A stretch of 58,623 nt of DNA, filler included, from Dirinaria sp. TL-2023a (lineage: Eukaryota), in NCBI GenBank assembly GCA_051941275.1. It is 5 parts of 5 records of this genome, joined end to end, with 100 filler letters (N's around TTAATTAATTAA, not from the genome) between each part and the next. Parts side by side here need not be neighbours in the genome. Positions count along the whole stretch, not along the records: positions 23,546 to 35,174 come from JAVEBF010000829.1; positions 35,275 to 46,901 come from JAVEBF010000830.1; 3 more parts are not named here. One strand, 5' to 3'. Under the pieces are notes generated by a model, which saw nothing but the letters and a program-made list of their open reading frames with translations, was not told the DNA's origin and made no database searches. Of the stretch, positions 26,711 to 38,626 are shown piece by piece (within the stretch, counting starts at the first letter, position 1; every line of letters begins with the position of its first letter). Made by a program: the position numbers and the translations under genes.

Positions 26711-27273
26711 TGCAGCAAAATTTACGTAGCGCCGATCATGGCTTAATGTGGAAGGAATGTTCTGCCTCGGGCGACAATCGAGTGTCGGAACGGTGTAACG
26801 AATATGGGGCCACGATTAGTAATGAGTAATGAAAGGGGGCATGTAACCGGCCATACATAGCGCTTAAATGGGGTGTCATCCTCGCTGCCTCGTTGTATGT
26901 CCATAGTGTGATATGCAAATCAAATAAAACATATATATTTTGACCCATATAAATGGATTTCATGATCTTTGCAACCTCTCGCACCCCTCTTGGAGTTCTA
27001 CACTTGAGTTGAACACGTGAATCATAGGTGGCCTACCTATGTACTTCCAGGCTGTTAAATTTCTGAGAAGCAATGAACCTACAAGGCGAGGATGCTGTGC
27101 TTCATGAGAAACGAGCTCTGTTATGCATGGGGAACTTTCATTAATCCTTTTGCAGGCCCTTGTTGAAATCCCCTATTCTCGAAGACGCAGCGCGTCAGCG
27201 TGACCAGTCTCCTGGAAGCTCAATCAGGGAGGGAGGCTGAGATGAGCTACGCCCTGGTTTGCATCTTTACAGA

Positions 27274-27782
27274 TTACGACTGCATGACATTTGGCATATA
27301 ATGAACATTATTATGCCCATGAACCCGGTCACGGAGCACATAAAAGCGAATGCGGAGAATGCAGCAAGTGTAGCGATTGCGGTGTAGCGATTGCGGTGTT
27401 TGATGTCTTAGGCGGAGACCAAACAGAAATTCCAGAAAAGGAGGGGAAAAGTATAGTAAAGGCAAACGAGATTTGCGACTGGAATAACGGAAGAGGGAAA
27501 GAAAGATGAGGAGAAATTTACATAACCCACCTGGTTCTTACCAGATATTTTTTGGAAGGCGAGAGACTTACCCTTAGAACTCCGAACGGGCACGGCGGCG
27601 AATATTCCGCTTTTACTGCTGGTTATTGCAGTTTCTTTTGTGACATGAGTGCAAATGTGCGACTTGTGTTCAGAAGTTTGGTTTATGCTAAGGAAAGCGT
27701 CGTCTCTTGTACTTGCTCGCCTGCTTTCCAGCTTAAATCTAGCTGTGCGTTGAACAGGAAGCCAATTTCGACAGAACTATAG
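27274..27782 (+). pseudogene. Possible pseudogene fragment (14-nt duplication frameshift plus in-frame TGA)
   Basis: Removing one copy of tandem GTGTAGCGATTGCG (27368-27395) and reading through TGA 27507-27509 joins three short frames into about 165 codons. No family recognised. Confidence 0.3.
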
Positions 27783-28855
27783 AAATGACCCAGCCTCAAC
27801 GATGTTCTGGAGGGGAAGCTCCCCGAGGGTAGCGGCATTGGCAAGATTGCAACGCTATGAAGACTTAAAAAGTCTTTGAAACATCTGGGTAGGTGAAGCA
27901 GTATGTGTGGGCGGCAGTGCCTCGAAGGTGACTTAGACGAAGTTAGACCATTTTATGAGCGCTCAGATTTGAGTGTCCTAAATTTAGGTGTCTGAGAAAT
28001 TAGGCTCAGAGGAATCATATGCATTTATGCATCGTAACACTGTGATGTAAAATGATATCTTCTCAGAAGTAAACGTATTAGCAACTACTTCGCTGAGGAG
28101 CAAGTGCTTATCAGATCAACTTTGATCATCATGCACTAGCTTATCAAAATTAGTCGCAATTAATATCATTATTGACCAGGTACCTTATGTACCTAGGCCA
28201 GCATGGTCATTGCTAAGGGGGACCGATCGCTCGTAAAGCATCTTCGAATAAGCTCAAGTCCAACAGGTCTCCCTTCCGCCTTCTTCTACGTTGCAGCAAA
28301 CATCCCCAAGGTCTGCTCGGATTACCGTGTTCAGAATTCTAAGCTCATACAATCGTTTTATTGATGACGTGCTCCGAGCGGTCAGGAGATAGCCTGTTGA
28401 AAGCATACCCGCTCAGGCATGCAAATTACAAGTAGGGACCCTTTCGGGCCTCTTTGGCGCACTGTTTTATGAGAGATCCATGGTATTGGAAAGTTTAAAA
28501 AAGTGGTTCAACCATAATTACTCGAAGAAACGATAATACATCAATGGTAGACGACATACTGAGCCACTGCAGCAGATTGTAGCATCCATTCTTTTGTCTG
28601 CCTTATTGTTCAATGCTCGCGCAAATTTATCGCTGTAATGTCACCACATATTCGACCGAGCTTGGAACATCTTGGAGGAGCCCACATGATTTTGATTTGT
28701 ATATCTCCTCAATCTGGGCCTCGGAATTATGAAGATATTTTGGAGTTTCAGTAACGTTATCGGCTTCTACGCATATAAATCTCCGAGGTCAGCGGCCAAC
28801 CTCTAGATGATTTCGTAGCGAAATATGTTCTTAACTGCATAAATGCAGCGCTTAC

Positions 28856-29215
28856 CTACCTTGATCTTGAACGTCCTTCACTTTTGGAGTGGAAAGCCAC
28901 CTTCTTCTGCAGTCTATGCGTTTTTTCTGATTTGTGTGCAGGCCATCCGCGGATTTCTTGCGCAATGATACTGTCGATATGGACCGTATCGAAGTTGCGC
29001 CATATCAAAGTCTTTCTGAGAGCGACCAGACCTTCCATGGCCTTTGCTTGAGCCAAGGAGCGGTCTTGGGCCCGGATTTGAGGCAGACTTCCGATTTTGT
29101 CGCCGATGAGAGTCTTGAGGTCGCGAGCTTCTGGTTCAGGCAGCTCGGGCAGAATTTGGAGCAGCGCTTCCGTCTCGGCGATGTAAGCTTGGAAGGAGGA
29201 GTCGTTGGATGTCAT
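28856..29215 (-). CDS. Hypothetical protein (possibly first exon of a longer gene)
   Basis: ATG-initiated helical-looking ORF MTSNDSSFQAYIAETEALLQILPELP... ending at GTAGGTAAGC donor-like sequence. Confidence 0.4.
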   Translation of the reverse strand: MTSNDSSFQAYIAETEALLQILPELPEPEARDLKTLIGDKIGSLPQIRAQDRSLAQAKAMEGLVALRKTLIWRNFDTVHIDSIIAQEIRGWPAHKSEKTHRLQKKVAFHSKSEGRSRSR

Positions 29216-30422
29216 GATGGAAGTTAATGATCAATTAGCGGAGGGTCGTTGTGTGACGCAGTCGTCAGAATGTAAGTGTGATTCTTGGGCAACGACTCTC
29301 CTTATGATAAAAGGTAGTTGTGGTACTTGACCGGCTCGTTAGAATGTACGTGTGATCCTGGCTCCAAACTTCGTACTGCTCCTTCTTGTGGTTGAGCGCT
29401 ATACGCGGTGATTCTTGCATGAACCGACTGTATGGGGGCGAAGAATGGTCTGGGAGCGGCATTTCGAATGTTACCCAAATCTCAAATAATAGTATTGTTT
29501 GACTGAAGGTGATATAGACTGGGCGTTAGATATGACTGTTGGGATAAAACCAGGTTGCGTCAGATATTGACGGAGGGTGAAACGAAATGAATTTATTATT
29601 ATGAATGCAGGATCGTCGACCCATTGACATAAATGTAGTTTTGTCGAATGACTCCGCTACTGGCATTGCAATTGGCTTTGTTATGAATGAAGGATTTGTG
29701 CTCATCATCTTCTCACATGGTTGCTAACTTTCCCATCCAATTGTACAATGATTGTCTTACAGCATCAAATGAGCTGTACTCAAAAGCTAGAAGACGCTCA
29801 GCCATTGCTGCACCACAGTATCGCGTTGACTGCGAAAGGGTGTCACCCCAACTAATACAATACCTTAAGGTATGCAATTCGTAGGCGCCATCAAGAAACG
29901 CCCTTACTCCCTCGACTGTGTGATCTGCCCCTGCATCATCGGAAGCTGAGCACGCGCTACTACTGCACGTGAATCGGCCTTCCCCAAAACCACCTAGAAC
30001 ACCCGAAGCCCTCCACCAGTAAGCAAGCGACGTCGACCCCGCAGTCAGCACTTCAGGCCCCTTGGGCGCTTACATCCCAGCTTCATACATCGATTGGCGC
30101 TCCTTCGAGGGGGGGCCTTGCAGTCTTGCACCGTTTCCGATGGAAGGAGAAGCTGCACCTCGACATTATTCCAGACAAGGTCGGATGTGCTGCCGCGGCG
30201 TCAAGGCGGTTTGTGCGACGACACTTCAGACGTCTCCTGCTGGCTTTTCTCGCCAGCTCTCTCCTTCCTCCACTTCCAAGACTCGAGGATCCATTACAAG
30301 TCCATTCGGAGTCTGAGTCGACTGAAGAGAGAAAAAAGAGTGTCGCAGTCCTCTGTCCGATCCAGCAAAACACTTAAAGTATCGAGGCCAGCTCAGCTCA
30401 GTTCAGCTCAGCTACCGCCAGG

Positions 30423-31478
30423 ATGGGAATTCTATCCTGCTTCTCCTCCATCCCCCGCCAATGGCGGACCCCAAAGACGATAATCGGGCTCTTCGTCTTG
30501 GAACTGTGCATCTCGATCGCAACCCTCGCACTGTACGGCATCGCGCAACCAGACCTATACCGCACCAAATTGTGGCAGGAAGGGTCGCTGCACGGGTGGA
30601 ACTCGTCCCCGAGCGAAATCATCTACGCCTACGCCAACTACCGGCCCATTTCCACGCCGCTGCCCTGGTCGTCCTGGATCACCAAGTTCAATGTCGTGAT
30701 CGCCGTGCTGTCGCTGTTTCTGCTGCTGGTCAAGGGCATCATGTTCATCACCCATGTCTTCTACCCGCTGCTGTCGGTGCTCGTGCATGCCCTGCTCGTG
30801 GCCTTGTACGCTGTGAGTATCCATGCGCAGACGGCGAGCGATATGAGTGATCCGGAACATCCGCAACACGGGGCGCCATGGTACATTACCAGGGGCTGCG
30901 GGGCGCCGGTGTCAGAGGCGTTGGTGGGGTATTGCAAGCAGGCGAAGGCGGTGCTTGCCGTGACGGTGCTATTGTGGTACGTCTACTCATTTTACCTAAT
31001 CTTCCATCTTACCACGAGGCGGATTTTTTGGGATTTGGACGTGGTAGCATGTGTCAACCCTTAATTGTCTTGCTTCTCCCAATGAATACGCAAGCAAACT
31101 AACCCCTCTTCCAACAGCGCCCTCTTCACAGCCTACCTCCTCCTCTCCCTCTTCTCCCTCTACCCAACACGCTCCTTCCGCGCCTCGCGCTCTTCCAAGA
31201 TCGATGAAGCGGACGAAGAAGCAGCCCGCCCGTGGGAAATGGGTCAAGTCCCCCCACCGCCCACGATCTCGGGGGGATTGAAGAGTCCCACGACGCCGAG
31301 GACTATGGCATTTCAGACGCTGAGCGGGGACCGGTTCAAGGGGAAGGGGAAGAAGAAGGCTGAAGCGGGGACCCTGGGCATCGGCTTGGGTGCAGGTGGG
31401 GATGGGGAAAGGCCGCCGTTGAGGCATCATATCAGTATGGGCGATGAGAGGAGGGAGGGGATGGGGAGGATGGCTTGA
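30423..31478 (+). CDS. Conserved fungal multi-pass membrane protein (4-TM, MARVEL-like topology); 2 exons (30423-30976, 31118-31478)
   Basis: LFVLEL..LALYGIAQPDLYRTKLWQEG..GWNS.P..IYAYANY, DMSDPEHP..PWYIT..C...YCKQAK, tail SPTTPRTMAF. Intron GTACGT..ACTAAC..CAG; strong codon bias. Confidence 0.85.
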
Positions 31479-32510
31479 GCCCTGTGCGAAGGGTGATTTT
31501 GAGGGTTGTATGGCATCGGTGGCCGGGAGAAGAAAGAAGGCGGTAAGCTGCGTGGCTGCACGATTGGGCGGGCTGTTGGATACAGTGTCTTTCCTATATA
31601 CGTTATATTCCTCATCTCGAAGGTTTAGGATTCTATCTATTAGATAATCAACATATCCCGTATACTGTGGTCGATGCTCCTATAGTTGTGTCAGATGCGC
31701 AAGATAATCAGCATTAATGTCAATGCCTCGTCAAAGCGAATCAATATCAAGCAGAAGCTTTTATTTACGCAGTGAGAAAATTTAGCGCAGATGTTAGCCT
31801 CTTGGTTTCCGATTCTCTGCATGTCCCACAGCACCCTCTTATTAAAGGTGATTCTCTTCGTGATCGCTCGTGAAGTTAGGGGAGGGAAAGACTGATTGTA
31901 TTGGTATATGATATGTCCAGTAACGAGAATTCCAAACAGCAGTTTCCATCTCATGGCTGAATTTGGGTGGGAGAGTTTTCCATTGCTCATCTGACCATCG
32001 ATGTGGAGTCAAGTTCCTCCGCATAAATGTGATATGAAGAAATGTGGGTGTTGCTTGCTTCTGGCATTGCAGCCATCCGGCTATAGTAATGTGGTACTCT
32101 TGGATACCTTCCAATTCGTCTTGACTACGTTCCAATAACGCATGCTGCCGTTCTCGTTATCTATAGAATGGCTTTGATTGGGTCTATCTCCATCTCCTTG
32201 GCTATCGACAACAGCTGCCTTTCCCGGTCAGATCACTGATGCCCACTGAGTAACGCTCGGCCAGGTGTCGAAATGATTGGAGAGTCTTCCATGTCGGACG
32301 TCGCTTCTGAACATGACGCATCACAGAGCTCATTCTCTACGACCAGGGGTGTTAGCTCAGAACAGCTTAGCAGTGAGACTGCTTCGATTCCATCTGTTGC
32401 TGCACTGATCCTGGGTATCTTCTCCTGAACACCTCTATCAGTCTGCTGATGTTTGCCTGCTGCAGTAGGTTTGCCACTTCCGATAAAGTTTCTTCCTCGG
32501 CACGACCTTT

Positions 32511-33474
32511 TCACGACTTATAATAACCTTCTATAGCATCCATATGAGGATTGAGACTTTCCCTCAATGCCTGTGACTCTGGCCCGATTTTCTCGCTTTT
32601 AGCATCTTCCACTGAAACCAGTCTTGACGCAAAAGAAGTTTCATCAGAATCTTCAGCTCCCACCAAAGTACGGTATTTTTGGGATTGGTACATGATATAC
32701 GACGGGCTTTCTCCTTTGGAGAAGTTTGGCTTTGACATTTCGAGAACTTTGCCAACGACGACAGTCGTATCACCAACCTCGAGGCGGTGTTGAACTTGCA
32801 AGTCACAGCGAATCCACCACCGGATGCCGCGAAGTGGCCTAGGAACACCGGTCCTTTGATCAATGATCTCGTAGATGATGTTTGCCTTTTTCCCCGGCTT
32901 AGCGAAACTAGAGGCTACCGTCACAAGACTGGGAGCCAGGACCAAAAACTTTCCAGTAAGCAAAATCTGATCATAGGTCCGGGACGGGCGTCTGACGTTG
33001 AATGATATGAAGGGTTCAGGCTTAAGTGTAACAGGTGTGAATGATCCAATAAGCATGCCACAAGGTTCATCATTTCGACTTGGAAGAAGCTGAAAATCTG
33101 GCAATACGATCATGAGACATTGGGGAAAGGCACGCATCCGCGAGCGGAATCTTGTCGAATTGGATTCGTTTTCCATAGTGAGCGGTTTCGACTCAGTATT
33201 TTCTTTTTCCGCCTCAGTAGATTGTTTTTCCACACGCGGGTATACCCTTCGTATGTAGTTTTTGGGGCCAAGATACTCCACGGGCCGCCAGGATCTTGCT
33301 GCCGATGATTAGCTTCTGTGGGAGCTAGTATCTGTGAGACTACGCACGTTCTACTGTATCTTCCTCGAGGTTTAATTGACTCGAAAGTTGAGAGAACGAT
33401 CTTTGGGATCTAATAGACTTACATGCCCGCCAGACCAGGACAGCCTGACCTGGCAACCTAGAGTGAAGTCTCAT
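32511..33474 (-). CDS. Flavin-reductase-like domain protein, probably mitochondrial; 2 exons (33474-33348, 33298-32511)
   Basis: Arg/Ser-rich presequence-like N-terminus; FRSRMRAFPQ, GMLIGSFTPVTLKPEPFISFNVRRPSRT, WIRC..EVGDTTVVVGKV, IMYQSQKYR follow the flavin reductase pattern. Confidence 0.8.
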
Positions 33475-33737
33475 ATTGATCAGTGAAAACGCCTTGAACA
33501 GATCATAGGACCTATATAACCAATTGATAGACTTCAAGATTGGAAGTGAAGGGTTGGTCTTTCTACCAGAGTATCCTACGCAGTACTCAATGGCCGTAAG
33601 CGGTTTAGTGTAAAGAGGTACCTAATGCACACGCCAAATACCTAAGGTGCTTACTACCTAAGGTACAGTATGTACTTTACTTACAACATCCAAGACCTTG
33701 CCTCCGTACATACTGCACTCGTCACCGATTGTCCACA

Positions 33738-34223
33738 ATGGCTTTCTGCTCGAATTGTCGCAGCCGTGTCAATAATATAAGTCGTTCATTCCCATTAGTC
33801 AATGCGCACCAAATTCGCCAGGCGTCCCTGCTTCGCCGCCCAAAACGCCCATATACTTTTACTCAGCTGGTGGCCCTCTCTGACGGTAGCACTTACACCC
33901 AACGTACGACTTCGCCTTCCGCATTACAGAAGTCGACAAAAGACACTCGGAATGCACCGCTCTGGAATCCTTCCAGCCAGAAGGTGCTAGGCCTAGAGGC
34001 CGACGAAGCTGGCCGGCTACGCGCATTCAGAGAAAAATTCGGGAGAGGGTGGGATGCTGAACGGATGCAGGACGAAGATAAAGATGCTGCAGAAGGACAA
34101 GAGGTGGATAATTTGATGGACCTCATAGGAAGTTATGCGCAGGAGGCGGAGGCGGAGGGAACCGTTCAGGGCGTCACAGAGGAAAAAGTAGAGGCTGGCA
34201 AAGACACTAAAAGAACGAAATGA
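33738..34223 (+). CDS. MRPL36: Mitochondrial large-subunit ribosomal protein bL31m (L36)
   Basis: RRPKRPYTFTQLVALSDGSTYTQRTTSP...KDTRNAPLWNPS...DEAGRLRAFREKFGRGWD; divergent from the flavin-reductase-like gene. Confidence 0.92.
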   Translation: MAFCSNCRSRVNNISRSFPLVNAHQIRQASLLRRPKRPYTFTQLVALSDGSTYTQRTTSPSALQKSTKDTRNAPLWNPSSQKVLGLEADEAGRLRAFREKFGRGWDAERMQDEDKDAAEGQEVDNLMDLIGSYAQEAEAEGTVQGVTEEKVEAGKDTKRTK

Positions 34224-35174
34224 ATTGCACCTTCCCGTCTTCCCAGCACACCAACTCATGCTGGATCTCCAAGGACAACGCCGCGATGAGGATCGTTTAC
34301 CGCGCATGTCTGAGCCGCATCGCCTTACCATACGAAAAACTATCAGCCTAGTATGGACAACATACCTCTACCCCACAATCAACGTCGAATCTCGCCAAGT
34401 CCAAACCTAATAGAAAGACAAAAGCGACTCTGAGTAGTAGCAGTTAGTGGTGGCCAACGGAGTGCGGCACATTCCTCAAATTGTATTGCCGATTGGTCAT
34501 TGAAACCGCCGCCTCTGGTTTATGAGTCGTACAGACTTTATCGAGCACTTCTTCCCCCTTCACGTAAGCTGGATGCTTCGCTAGCTTCTACTCTACACGC
34601 GAAGTTCCGAGTTCGAGATCCATGAGAACAGCTGCTAGCGAGTGGCGACACCGAGCCGCTGAATTCGTTCAAACGACTGCATGTGCTTCCGAGAACAAGA
34701 TATATTCACCAATCATATGCACACTCTTTGAATAGCCTCAGCTCCGAATCAATCTTGATACATCAAGTGCTCCATGACTTGCTACGACGAGCTGAGGGAA
34801 ATAAGACGTATAACCGCAGCACTCCTCGTTCTCTCAAGGTCATCTCCTAGATCTAGACAAAGTCCACACCAACAAAACTCTAGACAAAGATCATGAATCA
34901 CCGGTTAATTAGATAGCGTTCGCACCGCATATTACAGTATTCAAGACCTGATACTCAATCACTTCGCATCCTGACCGAGCTCAGACTCACGTTTCTCATA
35001 GTAATAATTAATCTTGTTACAAGACTCCAAAATCTCTTACTCGCGAGGCATACCCACCGTTAGTTAGTTCATCCAGATCTAAATCCCCAACCCTTCAAAA
35101 CCGTGTATCAGAAATCATCAGCATTTTACTCACAAATGTCATGGCTCACACCAGTCACCATATCCACATAATCC

Positions 35175-35274
35175 NNNNNNNNNNNNNNNNNNNNNNNNNN
35201 NNNNNNNNNNNNNNNNNNTTAATTAATTAANNNNNNNNNNNNNNNNNNNNNNNNNNNNNNNNNNNNNNNNNNNN
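35175..35274. other. Artificial contig linker N44-TTAATTAATTAA-N44
   Basis: Same 100-nt linker. Confidence 0.98.
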
Positions 35275-35356
35275 CCCCCGTATCGTTCGGCATGACGCCC
35301 GACGCATCCGCCGTTTACTGACGCGCCCTCCCGGCGTGAGGCGGGGTCTTTAATAG

Positions 35357-35752
35357 GTCATTGGTCTGGTGCGAGCGTTGAGGTCCACGTTACCCGTTCA
35401 CGGGATCTCGATCAATGCCGTTGCGCCCGCGGCGACGATGACGAACTTACTCCCGATGGATCTCGCGAGGCCGCTCATGGCTGCTGGGTTGCCGGTCAGC
35501 GATGCGCACATGGTCGGGCTCGCAGTCGTGTATTCCGCGGTTGCGAAGCAGCAGCGGTTCGTGGAGCCGTACGGTAAAGATGACGGCGTCGAGAAGCAGG
35601 GTAGATGGAACGGGCGAACGATATTGACGCTGGGGGAAGATTATACGGAGATGGAGGAGCCGATTGCGGATTTGAGGCCCACGTGGTTTGGGTGGAAGAA
35701 TACTTCGCTCACTCGTCGGCAACAGGCTACTGCTGATTTTAGAGAACTGTGA
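35357..35752 (+). CDS. prx4: Short-chain dehydrogenase/reductase, last exon only (prx4-like)
   Basis: After TAG acceptor: [92 protein letters not shown]. Closely resembles the recalled Penicillium prx4 C-terminus. Contig begins inside the preceding intron. Confidence 0.8.
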   Translation, partial: VIGLVRALRSTLPVHGISINAVAPAATMTNLLPMDLARPLMAAGLPVSDAHMVGLAVVYSAVAKQQRFVEPYGKDDGVEKQGRWNGRTILTLGEDYTEMEEPIADLRPTWFGWKNTSLTRRQQATADFREL

Positions 35753-36233
35753 CCTAGGTAGGCAAGTGGTTCGCTTTCGTATAGATCATGTGAAAGGTCG
35801 ATTTTTGTCCAAGAGGTGTGAAGCCTATCTGCATGTCGTCTGTAAGTTGTGACTGACGAATATGATGTTTTATCGTTTGCTTGACAGAGACCTGAAAGTC
35901 TTTTTGGAGGGTAATTTTGGTAAAGAGGATGACTTACCAATATCAATGATTAGAGCTCGTTCCAGCTCTAGCATTTGAGTGATTGGAGGCAGTAAAAAAA
36001 GGCACAGATGACGAGTCCCAGGGTCCCATGACTATGAACGTACACACCTTAGTATATAATGTAGTAAATACATTCTTGACCCTTCGTACATTTCCATGTA
36101 TCTAGAAATGGCGAACGCCCGCCCCAAAATCCTTAACATTCAACTCACCTCCCGAAAACGACCTTCGCGAATATCGACATCCTTGTGACTCGAAACCGAA
36201 TTATATTCACTTGCCACTGTCATAACTATAGTC

Positions 36234-37974
36234 TTACAGTTTGAATCCTCCAGGGAGCAAATGCTGGAATACACCATCCGGGTCTGCAATGTCCTTAGCA
36301 ACCCCGTATGTAGCGTCAAGATAACCGATGACTTACCATATTTCTTGGCAATTGCCTTCAGTTTTGGGTAATTCGCCCCATCGCCGTACTTGGGAAACAC
36401 GTTTTTGGTCTGGAAAGGTGCGGCATCGTTGATCCAAACAGAGTCATAGTACAAGCCTCTAGTTTTTGCCCTCTGATCCAGAGTGTCGACTGCGTACTCG
36501 ATAAATTTATTTACGGTAGCATCGTCCTTGGCATCTTCCCAATTTGCGCCATAGAGCACAGCTGTTTAAGTCATTAGCCGTCATGACTAAATCTTCTGAA
36601 CGAGCTAAATAGGGAAAGGCTAGTCTCGACCCACAATTAATGCCGCTGTCATTTGGATTATGAAGACCAATTGCATCTCCACCGGCAGCCTGCGCAGCTT
36701 TGATCATGGCTGACGTGAATGTCTGGTAAGTGTTTGTGACCTGTAAGCCCCTCACGGATTTCAATTGGGGCGAGGCGGCTACGCAATCAAACAAGGTGGT
36801 GTTGATCAAGCGCACAGCTTCAGCGCTTGATTTGGTCGCTGTTGAGGAGAATAGTTGCCTGAACCACGCGATTAGGAGCTGCCGCAGGAGAGGATATATT
36901 ATTTCAGCTCACCTGAGATTTCCGACGCGGAAATTTGCTGGGTTGGTGTCATTATGTAGTCCGTTGATAGTGTTGCTAAGCCTAAGGTCTGAAAACGTTG
37001 CGGGAATCTTGGTGAAGTTGCTCAGCGACGCTGGGTTAGGGTCGGGACCTTTGTGCATGTAAATTGAGTATATCGAGACTTCTCCGCTAGTTGCGTTGAT
37101 GAGAATCGACGGATCGCTATGCGCATAAGGGTCACTGGAGCCACCTTGGGCTACGGTATAACTGGCATACGCTTCGACGATATCATTGAGAGCTGAAGCA
37201 CTATAAAGTGCTGAGCCGCCCCACATTTGCTTGAGCGACCAGGTCTTCATGTCAAACCTCGTAACGATCCCAAAATTACTTGAGCCTCCTTTCAAGGCCC
37301 ACCAAATGTCCGAGTTGGTCTGAGAGTTGGCATTGACGATAGTGCCATTAGCTAGAACAATCTCGTAGTTGATAATGCTACTTGCGCCCCATCCATACTC
37401 AGAGCTGAAGTAACTGAAGCCGCCACCGAGCAGCAAGCCCGACACGCCTACAGCCCCAAACCGTCCTCCGGCTACGGCGAGATTGTCGTTTGCAAGAAAA
37501 TCATAGACAGGTGACCACCTAAGACCGGCGCCAATCTGGACGACACTCTTCCCTTGAGAGTATCTCAGACTTGTCAAACGTTCGGTTGAGACAAGAACTT
37601 CGTTGGCGAGACCATTTGCTCCGGGAACTGGCATGTGTCCACCACTTCGTAATGCGAACGGGTGTTGATATTTGCGAAGTATAGCGAGGCCATTCGCTAT
37701 CTGTTGGGCAGAGATAGGTTCAAAAATGCAAGCGGGAACCACTTGGCAAGTTTCCGACCAAGGCACTAAACATATTTGAGACTTTCGTTCTCATTCGCGT
37801 TAGTGTAGCGGACTTACCGACAGTCTCATTAGCAAATGAAGAATCTGTAGCAAAAAAGGTCACAGATGGGAACTTTGCCTCTAACTCTTGACAAGCATTG
37901 GCCTGCACGCTGGCACCCGAAACTATTGAGAAAAATGAGAGTAAAACGGACAGAACACAAATTTTGTAGACCAT
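36234..37974 (-). CDS. prx3: Secreted FAD-linked oxidoreductase (FAD_binding_4/BBE-like; prx3-like), 5 exons
   Basis: Signal peptide; [15 protein letters not shown] (covalent-FAD His motif), [59 protein letters not shown]. The prx3 symbol rests mainly on position beside ari1. Confidence 0.85.
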
Positions 37975-38626
37975 GATGGCGATCGTAACAGAATTCAGGT
38001 GGCGGCTTATTGCTCAACGATCAGAAACTTCTGCTTAGCGGCGAAAGCTTTTCATTTATAGCCGTAAAAGAATGCTACACACCATGATCGGAGAATTTCG
38101 TTCCCACGGGTTTGGTTCCTGCATATTGCATGCTGTGTGCCTTGCAGGAGGCACGCGAGCGTAAGCATGGCACTCCTTCTTCGCCTATGCACAGCCTATG
38201 CACCGCCTACGTAACTATCGGCAGTGATATCCGTACCGTTTCTTAGGCCTCGACATGGAGGATTCTCCCAATTAGGCTGGTGACCGAAGCGTATTGAGTG
38301 ATGACTCCACTGATGTAACATAAGTCTGCAACCGCAGGCCTCAAGTCCATGTGGCACAGATCCGGGCATTGTCCTAACAGGGTTATCAGTTGCCTTCCCA
38401 AAGGTTCACTCTCGGACTTACCTGATAGAGATCGAGTATTTCGTACGTACGTCATGTAATCCGCGACTGAGCGTTATAAAACTATCGGGCTAGGGTCTTA
38501 AGAGAAGGCGTTTACCACGCGGTAATAGAAATAAACCCCGGGTGGAAAAAAGGCCCGCAGCGGCAAAAGTCGGCATTCTTAACTTTGCTTCACTTGTTTA
38601 GACTTTTCCTGGCAAGGTTGATCGAT
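37975..38626. promoter_or_regulatory. Putative bidirectional promoter between the FAD oxidase and aristolochene synthase
   Basis: Head-to-head ATGs separated by 652 bp; TATAAA at 38475; repeated AACTATCGG at 38213 and 38480. Confidence 0.55.
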
